Positions 39,593 to 48,913 are shown, counted from the stretch's first letter. The stretch is DNA of 64,000 nt from Nitrospirota bacterium (GCA_049793155.1 JBARBN010000106.1:16390-80389); one strand, 5' to 3'. The notes: generated by a model from the letters alone, not told the origin. Numbers and translations: made by a program.

Positions 39593-40012
39593 TTAAGATT
39601 TCTTCTCATTCGCCGCTTTGCCTTCGATGTATGGCTTGTACTTCTGGTCCTCGTCGAGGATGTGCAGGTTCAGCCAATTAGCCATGAGCAGCATCACCTC
39701 GATCGTAGTCGGGGAATGCCCGCTGTCGAACGCCTCCTTGAGGCTCTGCGCTTTCCTGACCAGGGTATCGTGCATCTCCTTATGCAGGTCAAAGTCAGGA
39801 TACCCGTGCTGGAGCAGCAGCCGTTCCTCGGCCTTGAAATGATAATCGGTAAAGTCCACGAACTCGTCTACGACCGTACCTATCACGTCACTGCCCTTGC
39901 CCGCGTGCATCGCGTCGTACATGGCGTTCACGAGGTCGAAAAGCTTTTTGTGCTGCTCGTCGATCTCCGCCACATTGACCGAATATTTATTTTTCCATTT
40001 TAAATAGCCCAT
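39593..40012 (-). CDS. Bacteriohemerythrin (hemerythrin-like metal-binding domain)
   Basis: The hemerythrin His/Glu ligands are in the conserved pattern IDEQHKKLF ... HF.AEE ... HK.MH ... WL..HI. The RBS is 'gggagaggg'. Confidence 0.8.
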   Translation of the reverse strand: MGYLKWKNKYSVNVAEIDEQHKKLFDLVNAMYDAMHAGKGSDVIGTVVDEFVDFTDYHFKAEERLLLQHGYPDFDLHKEMHDTLVRKAQSLKEAFDSGHSPTTIEVMLLMANWLNLHILDEDQKYKPYIEGKAANEKKS

Positions 40013-40437
40013 GAATACCCTCTCCCGTGTTCAGATAACAGCAGGGCCAGATCTGGAGAAAACCGTTGTAAAGCCGTCCCCTCGCCACAAGAATACTATA
40101 AATTGCGGGAAACGACAAGCAATATAGCGGAAACGACTCAATTCCCGGAGGATGCGGTCCGTATTTCTGTACTGCATCAATGATCTCTTTGTCTCCAACA
40201 GGAATGTCAAACCGCGAGACTTGATGATCATATGAAGCACCCTATAGATACCCCGCATCAACGATGTGACTCTGCCATAATTTGTCACCGGAAGTGTCCA
40301 AAAACGCATGTCCCGTGAAATAAATCCGTTTGCGTATGTTGAATATCGTATATATCCGGCAGGTTATGCATTGGTATGGATATTGCTCTTTAATAGATTG
40401 AAATTCATTTCTTTTCAATGAAAGGTGGGCTGAAAAA

Positions 40438-40689
40438 ATGAATTGCTGGGAATACAAAAACTGCGCGGAAGAGGTATTCAAGACTTGTCCTGCGTATCCT
40501 GACAGCGGTGAGCGCTGCTGGGTGATCGCAGGTGTAAAGTGCCAGGGCGTCGGGGAGACGGAGTTCTCAAGCCTGGATGAGCAGATCGCCTGTTGCGGCA
40601 AATGCGATTTCTACGGACATGGGAGCGCGCGGGATCGCCTGAAGCCGGCTGACAACAGCGAATATGATCAAGAAGCGGCAGGCATATGA
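40438..40689 (+). CDS. Standalone two-CW-like Cys/Trp-rich domain protein (83 aa)
   Basis: MNCWEYKNCAEEVFKTCPAYPDSGERCWVIAGVKCQGVG...CCGKCDFY. Seven Cys and two Trp are shared with the C-terminus of the kinase at 31630-33444. Confidence 0.6.
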   Translation: MNCWEYKNCAEEVFKTCPAYPDSGERCWVIAGVKCQGVGETEFSSLDEQIACCGKCDFYGHGSARDRLKPADNSEYDQEAAGI

Positions 40690-40934
40690 GATAAGCTTTA
40701 TCCGGGCATTTTGCAGTAAGGCCGCCGGAGCTTTGAAGGGAGTCAGCAAAAGTTCGAGCAAAAGTCAAATAGTAAGGACCTGCCCCAGCGCCTCTTTTCA
40801 AAATCTAACCACAGGGTCCACAAAGAATTCAAGGAGTAAATAGATCGCCGGCCTTCTCTCCCTCTGTGACCCTCTCATTACCAACGCTTCTGATTCTGTT
40901 CTTGATCCTGTAACCGCGAGAGGAAATTATAACC

Positions 40935-40965
40935 ACGGAGTTCACAGAGTTTTATGAATAACGAA
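40935..40965. repeat. Degenerate copy of the 9-bp tandem repeat (gagttcaca gagttttat gaataacga)
   Basis: Read from sequence. It belongs to the same GAGTYNATA family as 53669-53738. Confidence 0.3.
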
Positions 40966-40986
40966 TGGTAATTTTCTCAGTGTTCT

Positions 40987-41035
40987 CTGCCTGCACCCGG
41001 CGATTACGAGTGCTTAGCGCGAGTGCAGAGTGCGG
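40987..41035 (+). repeat. About 50-bp element 'ctgcctgcacccggcgattacgagtgc..gcgcgagtgc..gtgcgg', copy 1
   Basis: It matches 42111-42159 at about 75% identity in the same orientation (ctgcctgcacccggc ... gcgcgagtgc). Confidence 0.45.
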
Positions 41036-41274
41036 TTAAGTTCTGCCCCAGAGATGTTCGAGATAGGCAACGTATAGAATGCTACTTCGCCTTGCGTGAT
41101 GGGTGACGAGTTTTATAGGGACGCTCACGGGACTCGATCGCCCAATCATTCAAAGTTCAGAGGCTGCACCAAGCGTTTATGCGCGGATGTGTAAATGCGG
41201 GTGTTCAGATTTCAACGCATCAACGGATCAACGCATCCCACGGCCCCTATTCCATCAGGGTCAAAGGGCATCCC

Positions 41275-41910
41275 TTACATAAATTTCAGCAGCCCGCGCC
41301 CATCTCCCGTAAACAAAACAAGTCCCGCATGAATCATACTGATGGCCGATAACACGATGACCACGATCCCCTGCCCCAAAACGTTCAAGACCATATGCAC
41401 CAGCATCTCCACCGTCGTCATTGCCAGAACAACGAAACCGCACATCACAATCACGACACTAATGATCATTATTTTTGGGCTCCGCGTCTGCAGAAGCTCA
41501 TGGAGGTTGTGCGGCATGCCGGTATGGCCAAATACATAGAGGCCGCCAAGTCCAAGAATCAGTATGACTACCGCTACGATCGGTATGCTTCCCAACTGCC
41601 GGGCGCTCAGAGAAAGGCCGAGGATCAGCATGAGAAGAACGGTATACGAGGTCCTCACCGTAAGACCTCCAGACGTAACGATTGCATATATTGAAGCACC
41701 TATCAGCAAAACCCCTACGATCGCCGAAAGGTTTTGCAATGTGCTGCTTTCATGCTCCCTGGTCTTGATCGTCCGGTTGATACCCATGACCACACCGAGG
41801 CAGCCGGCGGCCAGGATCAGCCACAAATGAAGTGACGCCATTTTTTGACCCATTTTGTCCGACCCCCACAGGGTCAGCACAGTTAACCACGGATACACAC
41901 TGATGTACAC
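41275..41910 (-). CDS. Integral membrane protein, hypothetical (about 6 TM); start uncertain (alternatives at 41853/41841)
   Basis: Long hydrophobic ORF without a convincing RBS at any of its candidate starts. It is flanked by repeat copies. Confidence 0.45.
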   Translation of the reverse strand: MYISVYPWLTVLTLWGSDKMGQKMASLHLWLILAAGCLGVVMGINRTIKTREHESSTLQNLSAIVGVLLIGASIYAIVTSGGLTVRTSYTVLLMLILGLSLSARQLGSIPIVAVVILILGLGGLYVFGHTGMPHNLHELLQTRSPKIMIISVVIVMCGFVVLAMTTVEMLVHMVLNVLGQGIVVIVLSAISMIHAGLVLFTGDGRGLLKFM

Positions 41911-41987
41911 GGATGCAATAATTTAAAAGAATTCAAATGATGTTCTCATCTGAGTGCGTGAGGAAACCAGTCGCGCACCACCGTTAA

Positions 41988-42028
41988 AAGAATATTCCTA
42001 ATGAGTGGAAAAGTAAAGGAGGTTTTTG
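41988..42028 (+). repeat. R1 block 'aagaatattcctaatgagtggaaaagtaaaggaggtttttg'
   Basis: Near-identical to 53622-53662 (aagaatatccttattgcggggaaaagtaaagtaggtttttg). Confidence 0.45.
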
Positions 42029-42110
42029 TTCAAGCCGGGGCTTTGTTGCTTTACTCACATTCGAAAATTCAGGTGTGCGACCGAGTCCGAGGGTTAAGCA
42101 TTTCGAAGGA

Positions 42111-42159
42111 CTGCCTGCACCCGGCATTTACAAGCGCAACGCGCGAGTGCGGGCGTCGG
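42111..42159 (+). repeat. About 50-bp element, copy 2 (ctgcctgcacccggcatttacaagcgcaacgcgcgagtgcgggcgtcgg)
   Basis: Direct repeat of 40987-41035. The two copies bracket the membrane-protein gene 41275-41910. Confidence 0.45.
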
Positions 42160-42415
42160 CAAGCCAGGTGAGGAGCGCACTGAGTGACCGCAGTCCTCCG
42201 GGATCGCCGGAAATCACGATCTTTTCCTCTTTATCGGTGATCTGGATGTTTCCACTCAGCTTGGGGAATCGCATCGGTTCCTCTTGAAGGGCTGAAGGGT
42301 GAAGGGGCGATTAAGTCTGGAATTCGGAGTGAGGAAGACTACTGAGGGGCCTTGTGTCGCTTTAATTCCGACCCAATAGGCCCCTACATATAACAGCAGT
42401 CATTTACGAAGTGCT

Positions 42416-42706
42416 CTATTCTTTTCTGCTATACAAGGTACAGTAGGCCTCCGGGCTGACCGAACCCTCCACTACCGTGCAAGTGCCATCGGCCGTTTTC
42501 GTCTTGCCGGGGACAAAGAGGTTACAATTGCTGCATTTCTTATCGCCATTCGGCTTGTCCTGGTAATTCGCCGCGGATTTGGACGACTTTGCCGCTAATG
42601 CCTTACCGGTAAAAGCCGATGCGAGTGCGACGCATGTTACTGCAGCAGCGCCTTTAAGCAGTGTGCGGCGGGAAATCAATTGGTCCATGTCCAGGTCTTC
42701 GTTCAT
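42416..42706 (-). CDS. High-potential iron-sulfur protein (HiPIP) with a Tat signal peptide
   Basis: The RBS 'aaggagg' precedes the ATG at 42706. The Tat motif is SRRTLLKGAAAV. The C-terminus has four Cys in HiPIP spacing (CSNCNLF ... CTVVEG ... YCTLY). Confidence 0.8.
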   Translation of the reverse strand: MNEDLDMDQLISRRTLLKGAAAVTCVALASAFTGKALAAKSSKSAANYQDKPNGDKKCSNCNLFVPGKTKTADGTCTVVEGSVSPEAYCTLYSRKE

Positions 42707-42893
42707 TTGAGCCTCCTTTTTTTTATTATCTCCATCGTCATTGACCTCGTCGGGTCTACCTGCTGACTGCGCTATGAAAAGAACTTAGCGCGTTAAAGTC
42801 GAGTTGTCAATACGACGAAGGTACAAGGGTCAGGCACGCAAGAAAATTGGCAGTAAGGAGCGTGTGGAGTGGCCTAGATGGTTCCTAAGTTGT

Positions 42894-43184
42894 CTATTCT
42901 CTGCCTATGTCTCTGTACCTGGTGCTGGTATTAATTTTAATCTTCTTAGGCATGCCGCTTTTTTGATACCTTCCTATAATAATATAAAGCAGTATTCCAA
43001 CCGGCGGGATCAGCATCACAAAAAAGAACCAGATTATTTTATCCGTATTATTCGTGAACTGGCTGCTAACGATATCTATGATCGTTACCAACCATAGCAG
43101 AAACAACACACTGGCTACTATTATTATTACGGCGGCGAAGTGCGAAATTTGCTCCAATATCCTTGGATCAACATTAGGTGTCAT
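42894..43184 (-). CDS. PLD nuclease/cardiolipin-synthase N-terminal domain (PLDc_N) small membrane protein
   Basis: IIWFFFVMLIPPVGILLYIIIGR is typical of PF13396. The start lies 5 nt after the stop of the upstream epimerase gene. Confidence 0.6.
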   Translation of the reverse strand: MTPNVDPRILEQISHFAAVIIIVASVLFLLWLVTIIDIVSSQFTNNTDKIIWFFFVMLIPPVGILLYIIIGRYQKSGMPKKIKINTSTRYRDIGRE

Positions 43185-43187
43185 AGT

Positions 43188-44165
43188 TCAACCTTTCATC
43201 GGGGCTGCTTGACTGCTATCGCACCGAGGCGTGGCAACGGCCGTTGGCTTCATCGACGTGACCGTCGATCGGATCCCCTCACGGTATGGTGTTGCCTTGA
43301 AATCAAATGCCTTGTCGAATTTGCTGCTGTCAAACAGATATTCTGAATCATTCTGATAAAGCATCTCCACGCTTTCTCGAACGTTCCCGTTAAAAAGTCC
43401 GGCCATTTGAATCATCCAATGGGGAAGAACCGTATACCGGGGTGACGATCCGAACTCCCTGGCAACCTGCTCGATGAATTCCTTGCCGGTTAATGCATTC
43501 TTGTCCGTTGGTAAATGCCATATCTGATCATAGGCGCTCTCGGTATTGCCCAACAGAGCAGTCGCTTTGCCTGCATCCGGCGTATAGGTCAGAGAATGTC
43601 TCACGTTGTCATTTATCAGCCACTGTGCCTTCTTCCCTTTTTTAATATTGTCGAAAACCATGATCGTGGCAACGCTGAGCGGGGTATGGGGCCCGTAGAA
43701 GTCTGCTGACCGTGCAATGAGAGCCTTCAGTACCCCTCGACCGACTTCATCCAGTATCATGTCAGCAAGTCTCTTCCTCACCTCGCCCTTTTTGCTCGAT
43801 GGATTCATAGGGGTATTTTCTGTCATCCATCCATTGACCCGTCCGTAGGAATAGACATTATCAAAGAAAACCAGCCTGGCGTCGTGCTTCTTACAGGCAT
43901 CAATGACATTTTTCATGATTTGGGGCCAATGGCTCTGCCACGTTTTGAGGTTATAAGGAATGCCCGCCGTGAGGTAAACAACTGCAGAACCTTGCACTGC
44001 CTTCATCGTTTGTGCGGCATCAAGAAGATCGGCCGGAAATAACTCAGCGGTTATTGTTACCTTCTTTGGATTACGACTCACTAATCTGATTCTGTCAGTA
44101 TATCCGGGAAGGCTCTTTGCCAGTTCTTTTCCGATAATGCCCCCGGCACCCAAAATGGTTTGCAT
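43188..44165 (-). CDS. NAD-dependent epimerase/dehydratase family (atypical SDR)
   Basis: The RBS 'ggggagg' precedes the ATG at 44165. The N-terminus is MQTILGAGGIIGKEL. The family has an extended SDR fold. Confidence 0.7.
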   Translation of the reverse strand: MQTILGAGGIIGKELAKSLPGYTDRIRLVSRNPKKVTITAELFPADLLDAAQTMKAVQGSAVVYLTAGIPYNLKTWQSHWPQIMKNVIDACKKHDARLVFFDNVYSYGRVNGWMTENTPMNPSSKKGEVRKRLADMILDEVGRGVLKALIARSADFYGPHTPLSVATIMVFDNIKKGKKAQWLINDNVRHSLTYTPDAGKATALLGNTESAYDQIWHLPTDKNALTGKEFIEQVAREFGSSPRYTVLPHWMIQMAGLFNGNVRESVEMLYQNDSEYLFDSSKFDKAFDFKATPYREGIRSTVTSMKPTAVATPRCDSSQAAPMKG

Positions 44166-44319
44166 GCCATACCTCCCCATCACTCCCGGATCTGCATTTC
44201 TGATCATATCATTGCTGCAATGTTAATGGGGGTCAAGTCCGCAATTTGACATCCGCCAATCAAATAAGAAGTATAAATGATAAATTATGAAAATTACTTC
44301 TTCCTTTTTCTCGCTCGCA

Positions 44320-44484
44320 TTAATTTTGCGATAACAGGACAATGATAACGATCAAAACAATCGCAGCCAGGATCCACCAGGCGAATTTTGGAAAGCGGCG
44401 TTTCTTCGAATTTCTGTCCCGTAATCCGCCCCGATCCCAGTCGATCTCCTTTTCCCGGTACCAGTCCCTGTCTTCCATTCCCAT
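44320..44484 (-). CDS. Possible small membrane-anchored protein (about 54 aa)
   Basis: MGMEDRDWYREKEIDWDRGG... with a C-terminal TM (FAWWILAAIVLIVIIVLL). The RBS is weak. Confidence 0.3.
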   Translation of the reverse strand: MGMEDRDWYREKEIDWDRGGLRDRNSKKRRFPKFAWWILAAIVLIVIIVLLSQN

Positions 44485-44714
44485 GACAATACCGCCCGCC
44501 TTTTTTCTGCAGGATCCACTCCGTTTCCCGTTAACGCGTACGGGAGATACCTTCTGCCTCCCCATCTTAAGGTGCCAACATGGCACTTCAAGTCGTCGAA
44601 CTCCACGTTTGTCAGCTTTTTTATGAAATCATGAGGGAAGCGATAAAGATTCCTTTTTACAGCACTCACCAGCCTTTTGTCGTCACCGCATCGAATACAC
44701 CGCGCCGTATGAAG

Positions 44715-45848
44715 CTACAGTGTAAAGAAGAACTCAGCACCTTTGTCCACCGCGCCTTCGGCCCCGACGCGGCCTCCATGCCGGTGAATGATGCGGCGCA
44801 CGGTTGCGAGGCCAATGCCGGTTCCGGGAAACTGGGCCTCCTGATGAAGACGCTGAAAGGGAATAAAGAGCTTTTCCGCGAAGGCCATGTCAAAACCGGC
44901 CCCGTTGTCCCTGACAAAATAGACCGGCTTCCCCTCCTGACTCCTGATCCCGAACTCTATCCGCGCCTTCCTGCGGCCGGCAGTGAACTTCATCGCGTTC
45001 CCCATCAGGTTCTCCAGGACGATCCGGAGCAGACGGCCGTCGCCGGTGACCCGGACCCTGGGCGCTATGATGAACTCAATGTCGCGGTCAAGGAAGGCTT
45101 TCTCCAGGCTGTCCGCCACAACGTCGGCAAGCTCACTGAGATCGACGGGCTCGCCTCTCATCTCGCCCCTGGTCACCCGGGAAAGGGCCAGCAGGTCATC
45201 GATGAGCTGGTCCATTCGGGTGCCTGCGGCATGAATTCGTTCGAGGAACCCCCTCGACTCCTTGTCAAGGCTCGCGGCGTGGTCGGAGATCAGTACCGCG
45301 CTGAAACCGCGTATGCTCCTGAGCGGCGCCTTCAGGTCGTGCGAAACCGAGTAGCTGAAGGACTCCAGCTCCTGGTTCGCTGCCTCCAGTTGCGCGGCCC
45401 GGCGGCGCAGCTCGTCTTCAACGTTCTTGAGCTTCGTAATGTCTTCCAGAACAAGCAGGGTGAATTCCCTGTCCTCGTACCGGATGGGGCTGGCGGTCAC
45501 CATCATATGGACCTCGCTCATCCCGCCGTTGTGCAGGAGCAGCATCTTCACGGTCTCCTGCTCCACCGCGTCCCCTTTAAAGGACCTGTTGACGGATTTC
45601 CTTACGACGCAGTCCACGCAGGCAGGGGCCCTTCCGCACCCTTCGGGGGTCTCAGTCGAATGGAGGCAATGCAGCGCCTCGCCGCCCCGTTTCAAAAGGA
45701 CCATGTCCTTGTCAGCGCCCAACAGCCGTGACGCGGCAATATTCAGGTGATGGATCCGGACATCCTCGTCAACGATGAAGATGAACGAAGGGATGGTGTC
45801 GAAGAGATGGTGGAGGAAATCAGCTTTTTGTAGCAAGTCTTTATTCAT
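44715..45848 (-). CDS. PAS-domain sensor histidine kinase (cytoplasmic)
   Basis: The PAS region has a Cys cluster (HCLHSTETPEGCGRAPACVDC). HisKA is SHDLKAPLRSI. HATPase is GTGIGLATVRRII. Confidence 0.8.
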   Translation of the reverse strand: MNKDLLQKADFLHHLFDTIPSFIFIVDEDVRIHHLNIAASRLLGADKDMVLLKRGGEALHCLHSTETPEGCGRAPACVDCVVRKSVNRSFKGDAVEQETVKMLLLHNGGMSEVHMMVTASPIRYEDREFTLLVLEDITKLKNVEDELRRRAAQLEAANQELESFSYSVSHDLKAPLRSIRGFSAVLISDHAASLDKESRGFLERIHAAGTRMDQLIDDLLALSRVTRGEMRGEPVDLSELADVVADSLEKAFLDRDIEFIIAPRVRVTGDGRLLRIVLENLMGNAMKFTAGRRKARIEFGIRSQEGKPVYFVRDNGAGFDMAFAEKLFIPFQRLHQEAQFPGTGIGLATVRRIIHRHGGRVGAEGAVDKGAEFFFTL

Positions 45849-45989
45849 GGTTTCTGGTCGTCGAAAAAATGGGCTGTGAACTTCTTGGCGTCTTTCCTAT
45901 TCCGGCACTGCCCTCTTTCCGCCGGTCCGGCATACTACCTGAACAGCGGGCTCAAAGCAATAAGCCAAAGCAACGTACCAGGTTCGGTG

Positions 45990-46430
45990 CTAATCGTCGG
46001 CCTGATCCTGTCTCTTCCACTTGAGCAATAAACAGATGACGATCCAGGTAAAGGTCCTGAACATCATGGCGAAGATGCTGATCATGGCCACTTCCTGCCC
46101 GTACTGCTGCATGCCGACAAGGCCGAAAAAGACGATGCCGTGGAACGCAAGGATGTTCACGCTCAGGCTGATGCTCCACGCACTACGCATCCACATGCCG
46201 ACGCCGGCGACAACGGAAACAGCGCCCATCGCTGCATTGTACCACACGAGCCAGGGGATAACGTGGTAGACGGGTATTGTCACGCCGAGAAGAACGCTTC
46301 CCCCTTCCCTGATGGAGAGCAGGCCGAGCGCGACCGCGAGTATGGATGCAACGCGGTCCCGTTTCTGCTGGGTTATTGTTGCCTTTGCCGGAGGCAGATT
46401 CGTTTTATTTTTTGTTTTCTTTTTTGCCAT
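45990..46430 (-). CDS. Membrane protein, hypothetical (4 TM) with a Lys-rich N-terminus
   Basis: The start was placed at an internal ATG (MAKKKTKNK). The upstream part of the track ORF has no support. Confidence 0.45.
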   Translation of the reverse strand: MAKKKTKNKTNLPPAKATITQQKRDRVASILAVALGLLSIREGGSVLLGVTIPVYHVIPWLVWYNAAMGAVSVVAGVGMWMRSAWSISLSVNILAFHGIVFFGLVGMQQYGQEVAMISIFAMMFRTFTWIVICLLLKWKRQDQADD

Positions 46431-46501
46431 GTCTTTCAATAGTTCTCTGCCGCGTTTCACCCCAACCCCGCACATCCCCGGAGCGGCCCTTCCACCCTGC
46501 A

Positions 46502-47005
46502 CTAGGATCTCATGCCTGCCGGGCGTCGGACTGCCTTCCGCGATCGCACTGACCGCGACACTGCCGCCTTCTTTGTGCTGCTCTTTTTCTTCGCCTTTGC
46601 CTTCGGTGCATGCCAATTGTGCGGGATGGGCTGCAGCATGCTTACGCGATTGCCTTCAGAGTCAACGAACGAGACATAACTTCCCACGTCGGGTATCTCC
46701 ATCGGCTCACCGAGCACAGTACCGCCCGCTTTGACGACCTTCCTGGCCGCTCTCTTTATATTGTCGACCGCGATGACGATGGACGGATATTGCGCGGGCC
46801 AATCGGGTTTTTTCGGGTAAAATCCCCCATTGATCGCGCCGCGCCTTGTGGGCCCCTTCTTGCTGGTCTCGACGGTTGTCGCAAGGACATAGTTCCCCAT
46901 CTCCTCGCCAAGCATCTGAGTCTGCCAGCCGAAAGCGGACTTATAGAACTTCGCCATGCGCATCCGGTCATCATACGGCATCTCAAAGTGAACAACGGCA
47001 TCCAT
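46502..47005 (-). CDS. VOC-family (glyoxalase/bleomycin-resistance fold) protein with a Lys-rich C-terminal tail
   Basis: The RBS 'aaggagg' precedes the ATG at 47005. The glyoxalase-like N-terminus is followed by the tail KAKAKKKSSTKKAAVSRS. Confidence 0.65.
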   Translation of the reverse strand: MDAVVHFEMPYDDRMRMAKFYKSAFGWQTQMLGEEMGNYVLATTVETSKKGPTRRGAINGGFYPKKPDWPAQYPSIVIAVDNIKRAARKVVKAGGTVLGEPMEIPDVGSYVSFVDSEGNRVSMLQPIPHNWHAPKAKAKKKSSTKKAAVSRSVRSRKAVRRPAGMRS

Positions 47006-47499
47006 ATTGTGTCCTCCTTGTTATTTGAAGTATCAGCCCGGAAAACCTCCCGCGAACTTCTCAGGGTCAGGTCCTTAGCCCCCCGTCTTGTGCTGAGCGT
47101 ACTATAATTAAACGATTTTGGCAAGGATATTGGTGCTCTGAAAAGAGATAGAACATGGATAAAATCAGTCATCAGGCATTCCCTGATCTTGGGCTTCGCT
47201 TTGCTGATGATCATCGGACAGTGTGGAATTTTCCGTGGGTTTTTAGACTCCTTTTTTTTGAGGAACAGGGATTCGTGATCGCCTCATGCAATATCTCTCA
47301 GATATGAGCAGCCTTATTTATGTTTTGATATAATTGACTCCCTTGGCCGGGAATGATATATTAATTGAATGCGCGATCTGCCATACACGGCTCGTGCAAC
47401 GATGTTCGTTATCTGACGCGCAGTATCCTGAAAATTCAGTGATCGGCGCTCTTCGCTTTTCACTGGCCACGATGCAGCTTGCGCAAGGAAGGCCGGTTC

Positions 47500-48819
47500 G
47501 TGAAAAAGAATATTCTCATCATAGACGACGACCACATGGTCCTGTCCGCCATTGAGCCGTTCCTCGAGGATGAAGGCTTCAACGTCCAGACTGCTGTTAC
47601 CCTGGCGGGCGCCCGGGAGAACGTCTCCCTGCGAAGTTATGATGCGGTCATTATCGACCAGAACTTGCCTGATGGCAGCGGCATCGATCTTATACGGGAA
47701 TTGCGCGCGACAAACGCCGACATGGCTATCGTTGTCATCACCGGGGCCGCGGACGTGCCGCTGGCCGTTAAGGCGATGCAGGAAGGCGCTGACAATTTCC
47801 TTCCGAAGCCCCTGCGTCTTGACAACCTGCTCTTTATCCTCAAGAAGAGCCTCGAGGTCAGCTCCCTGCGCAGGAGCTCGGACGGCCGCAAGCGGATGGA
47901 AAAACGAAGCTACTTTGATTTTGGCATGAGCCCGGCGATGAAATCGGTTCATGAGCATGCCGGGCTGGCGCGGGACAATGACTCACCGCTGCTCATTATG
48001 GGGGAAACGGGTGTGGGCAAGGGCGTCCTGGCCCGATGGATCCACGAGAACGGCAGGCGCGGCACGGGGTCGTTTGTCGAGGTGAATTGCTCTGGCCTTC
48101 GCGGCGAACTGCTGGCGAGCGAACTGTTAGGCCACTGCAGGGGCGCCTTCACGTCGGCAGTGCAGGACCGGCAGGGGCTTTTGGACGTTGCTGACGGCGG
48201 GACCTTGTTTCTTGACGAGATCGGAGACATGGACCTTGTGGTGCAGGCACAGTTCCTGAAAGTGATCGAGGAGAAATCCTATCGCCGCCTCGGCGAGGTC
48301 AAGATGCGCTCAAGCGACTTTCGTCTCATCTGCGCCACGAACAAAGACCTGACAGAAGAGGCGTCACAGGGCCGCTTTCGAAAAGACCTTTTGTATCGTA
48401 TCCAGGTGATGCCTATCGTCGTTCCGCCGCTCAGAGAGCGGTCCGAGGATATCGAACGTCTGGCGCTCCATATCCTTGCCAACCTGAATTATTTCTTCGA
48501 AGGCATTGCGTCCGATATCGTTACCCTTCTCAAGACCTATCCTTGGCCCGGCAATGTCCGGGAACTCCGCAATGTGCTGGAGCGTGCGGTCATCCTGGCT
48601 CGCGGGAGCGTACTCACCCCTCAGCTCTTTGCCAGCATCAACGGGCCGTCGCGAACGGCCCTCCTGGAGCCTGTTGACCGAATGAATGGCACTGAGCTGG
48701 AGATGATCAGGACCGCGCTGAAACGCACCAGCGGCAATGTGATCAAGGCAGCCAAAGAACTTGGCATGTCGCGGGCAACACTGTACCGAAAGATCAAGAG
48801 AATGCATCCCCGGGGTTAG
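47500..48819 (+). CDS. Sigma-54-dependent response regulator (NtrC family: REC, AAA+ sigma-54 activator, HTH)
   Basis: A GTG start follows the RBS 'aaggaagg'. The REC is ILIIDDDHMV. The AAA motif is GETGVGKG. The GAFTSA motif and the C-terminal Fis-type HTH are present. Confidence 0.85.
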   Translation: MKKNILIIDDDHMVLSAIEPFLEDEGFNVQTAVTLAGARENVSLRSYDAVIIDQNLPDGSGIDLIRELRATNADMAIVVITGAADVPLAVKAMQEGADNFLPKPLRLDNLLFILKKSLEVSSLRRSSDGRKRMEKRSYFDFGMSPAMKSVHEHAGLARDNDSPLLIMGETGVGKGVLARWIHENGRRGTGSFVEVNCSGLRGELLASELLGHCRGAFTSAVQDRQGLLDVADGGTLFLDEIGDMDLVVQAQFLKVIEEKSYRRLGEVKMRSSDFRLICATNKDLTEEASQGRFRKDLLYRIQVMPIVVPPLRERSEDIERLALHILANLNYFFEGIASDIVTLLKTYPWPGNVRELRNVLERAVILARGSVLTPQLFASINGPSRTALLEPVDRMNGTELEMIRTALKRTSGNVIKAAKELGMSRATLYRKIKRMHPRG

Positions 48820-48913
48820 CTCACGATCCCCTTTTGCTGACCACGCGGCGAACGGCCATTGTTTCGGTAAAACCTATCACTGTTTTTCGTCCCGATCCTT
48901 AAAGCAACCGCAT

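Noticed and set aside
42040-42110. Possible tiny ORF (TTG-FKPGLCCFTHIRKFRCATESEG) after the aaggagg within the R1 repeat at 42016
   Set aside because: It requires a TTG start. Its existence depends on a repeat copy whose paralog at 53650 has no such ORF. It is treated as non-coding.
43220-43240. Sigma-54-like TGGCAA-N6-TTGGC string
   Set aside because: It lies inside the epimerase coding region and deviates from the TGGCAC-N5-TTGCW consensus.
44580-45731. 383-aa plus-strand ORF opposite the PAS histidine kinase
   Set aside because: It has low-complexity shadow-ORF composition. The minus-strand frame has clear PAS/HisKA/HATPase motifs.
47160-47312. 50-aa ORF (MDKISHQAFPDLGLRF...) in the leader of the NtrC-type regulator gene
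   Set aside because: It has no RBS and an odd composition, and runs into a T-tract. It is more likely 5'UTR.
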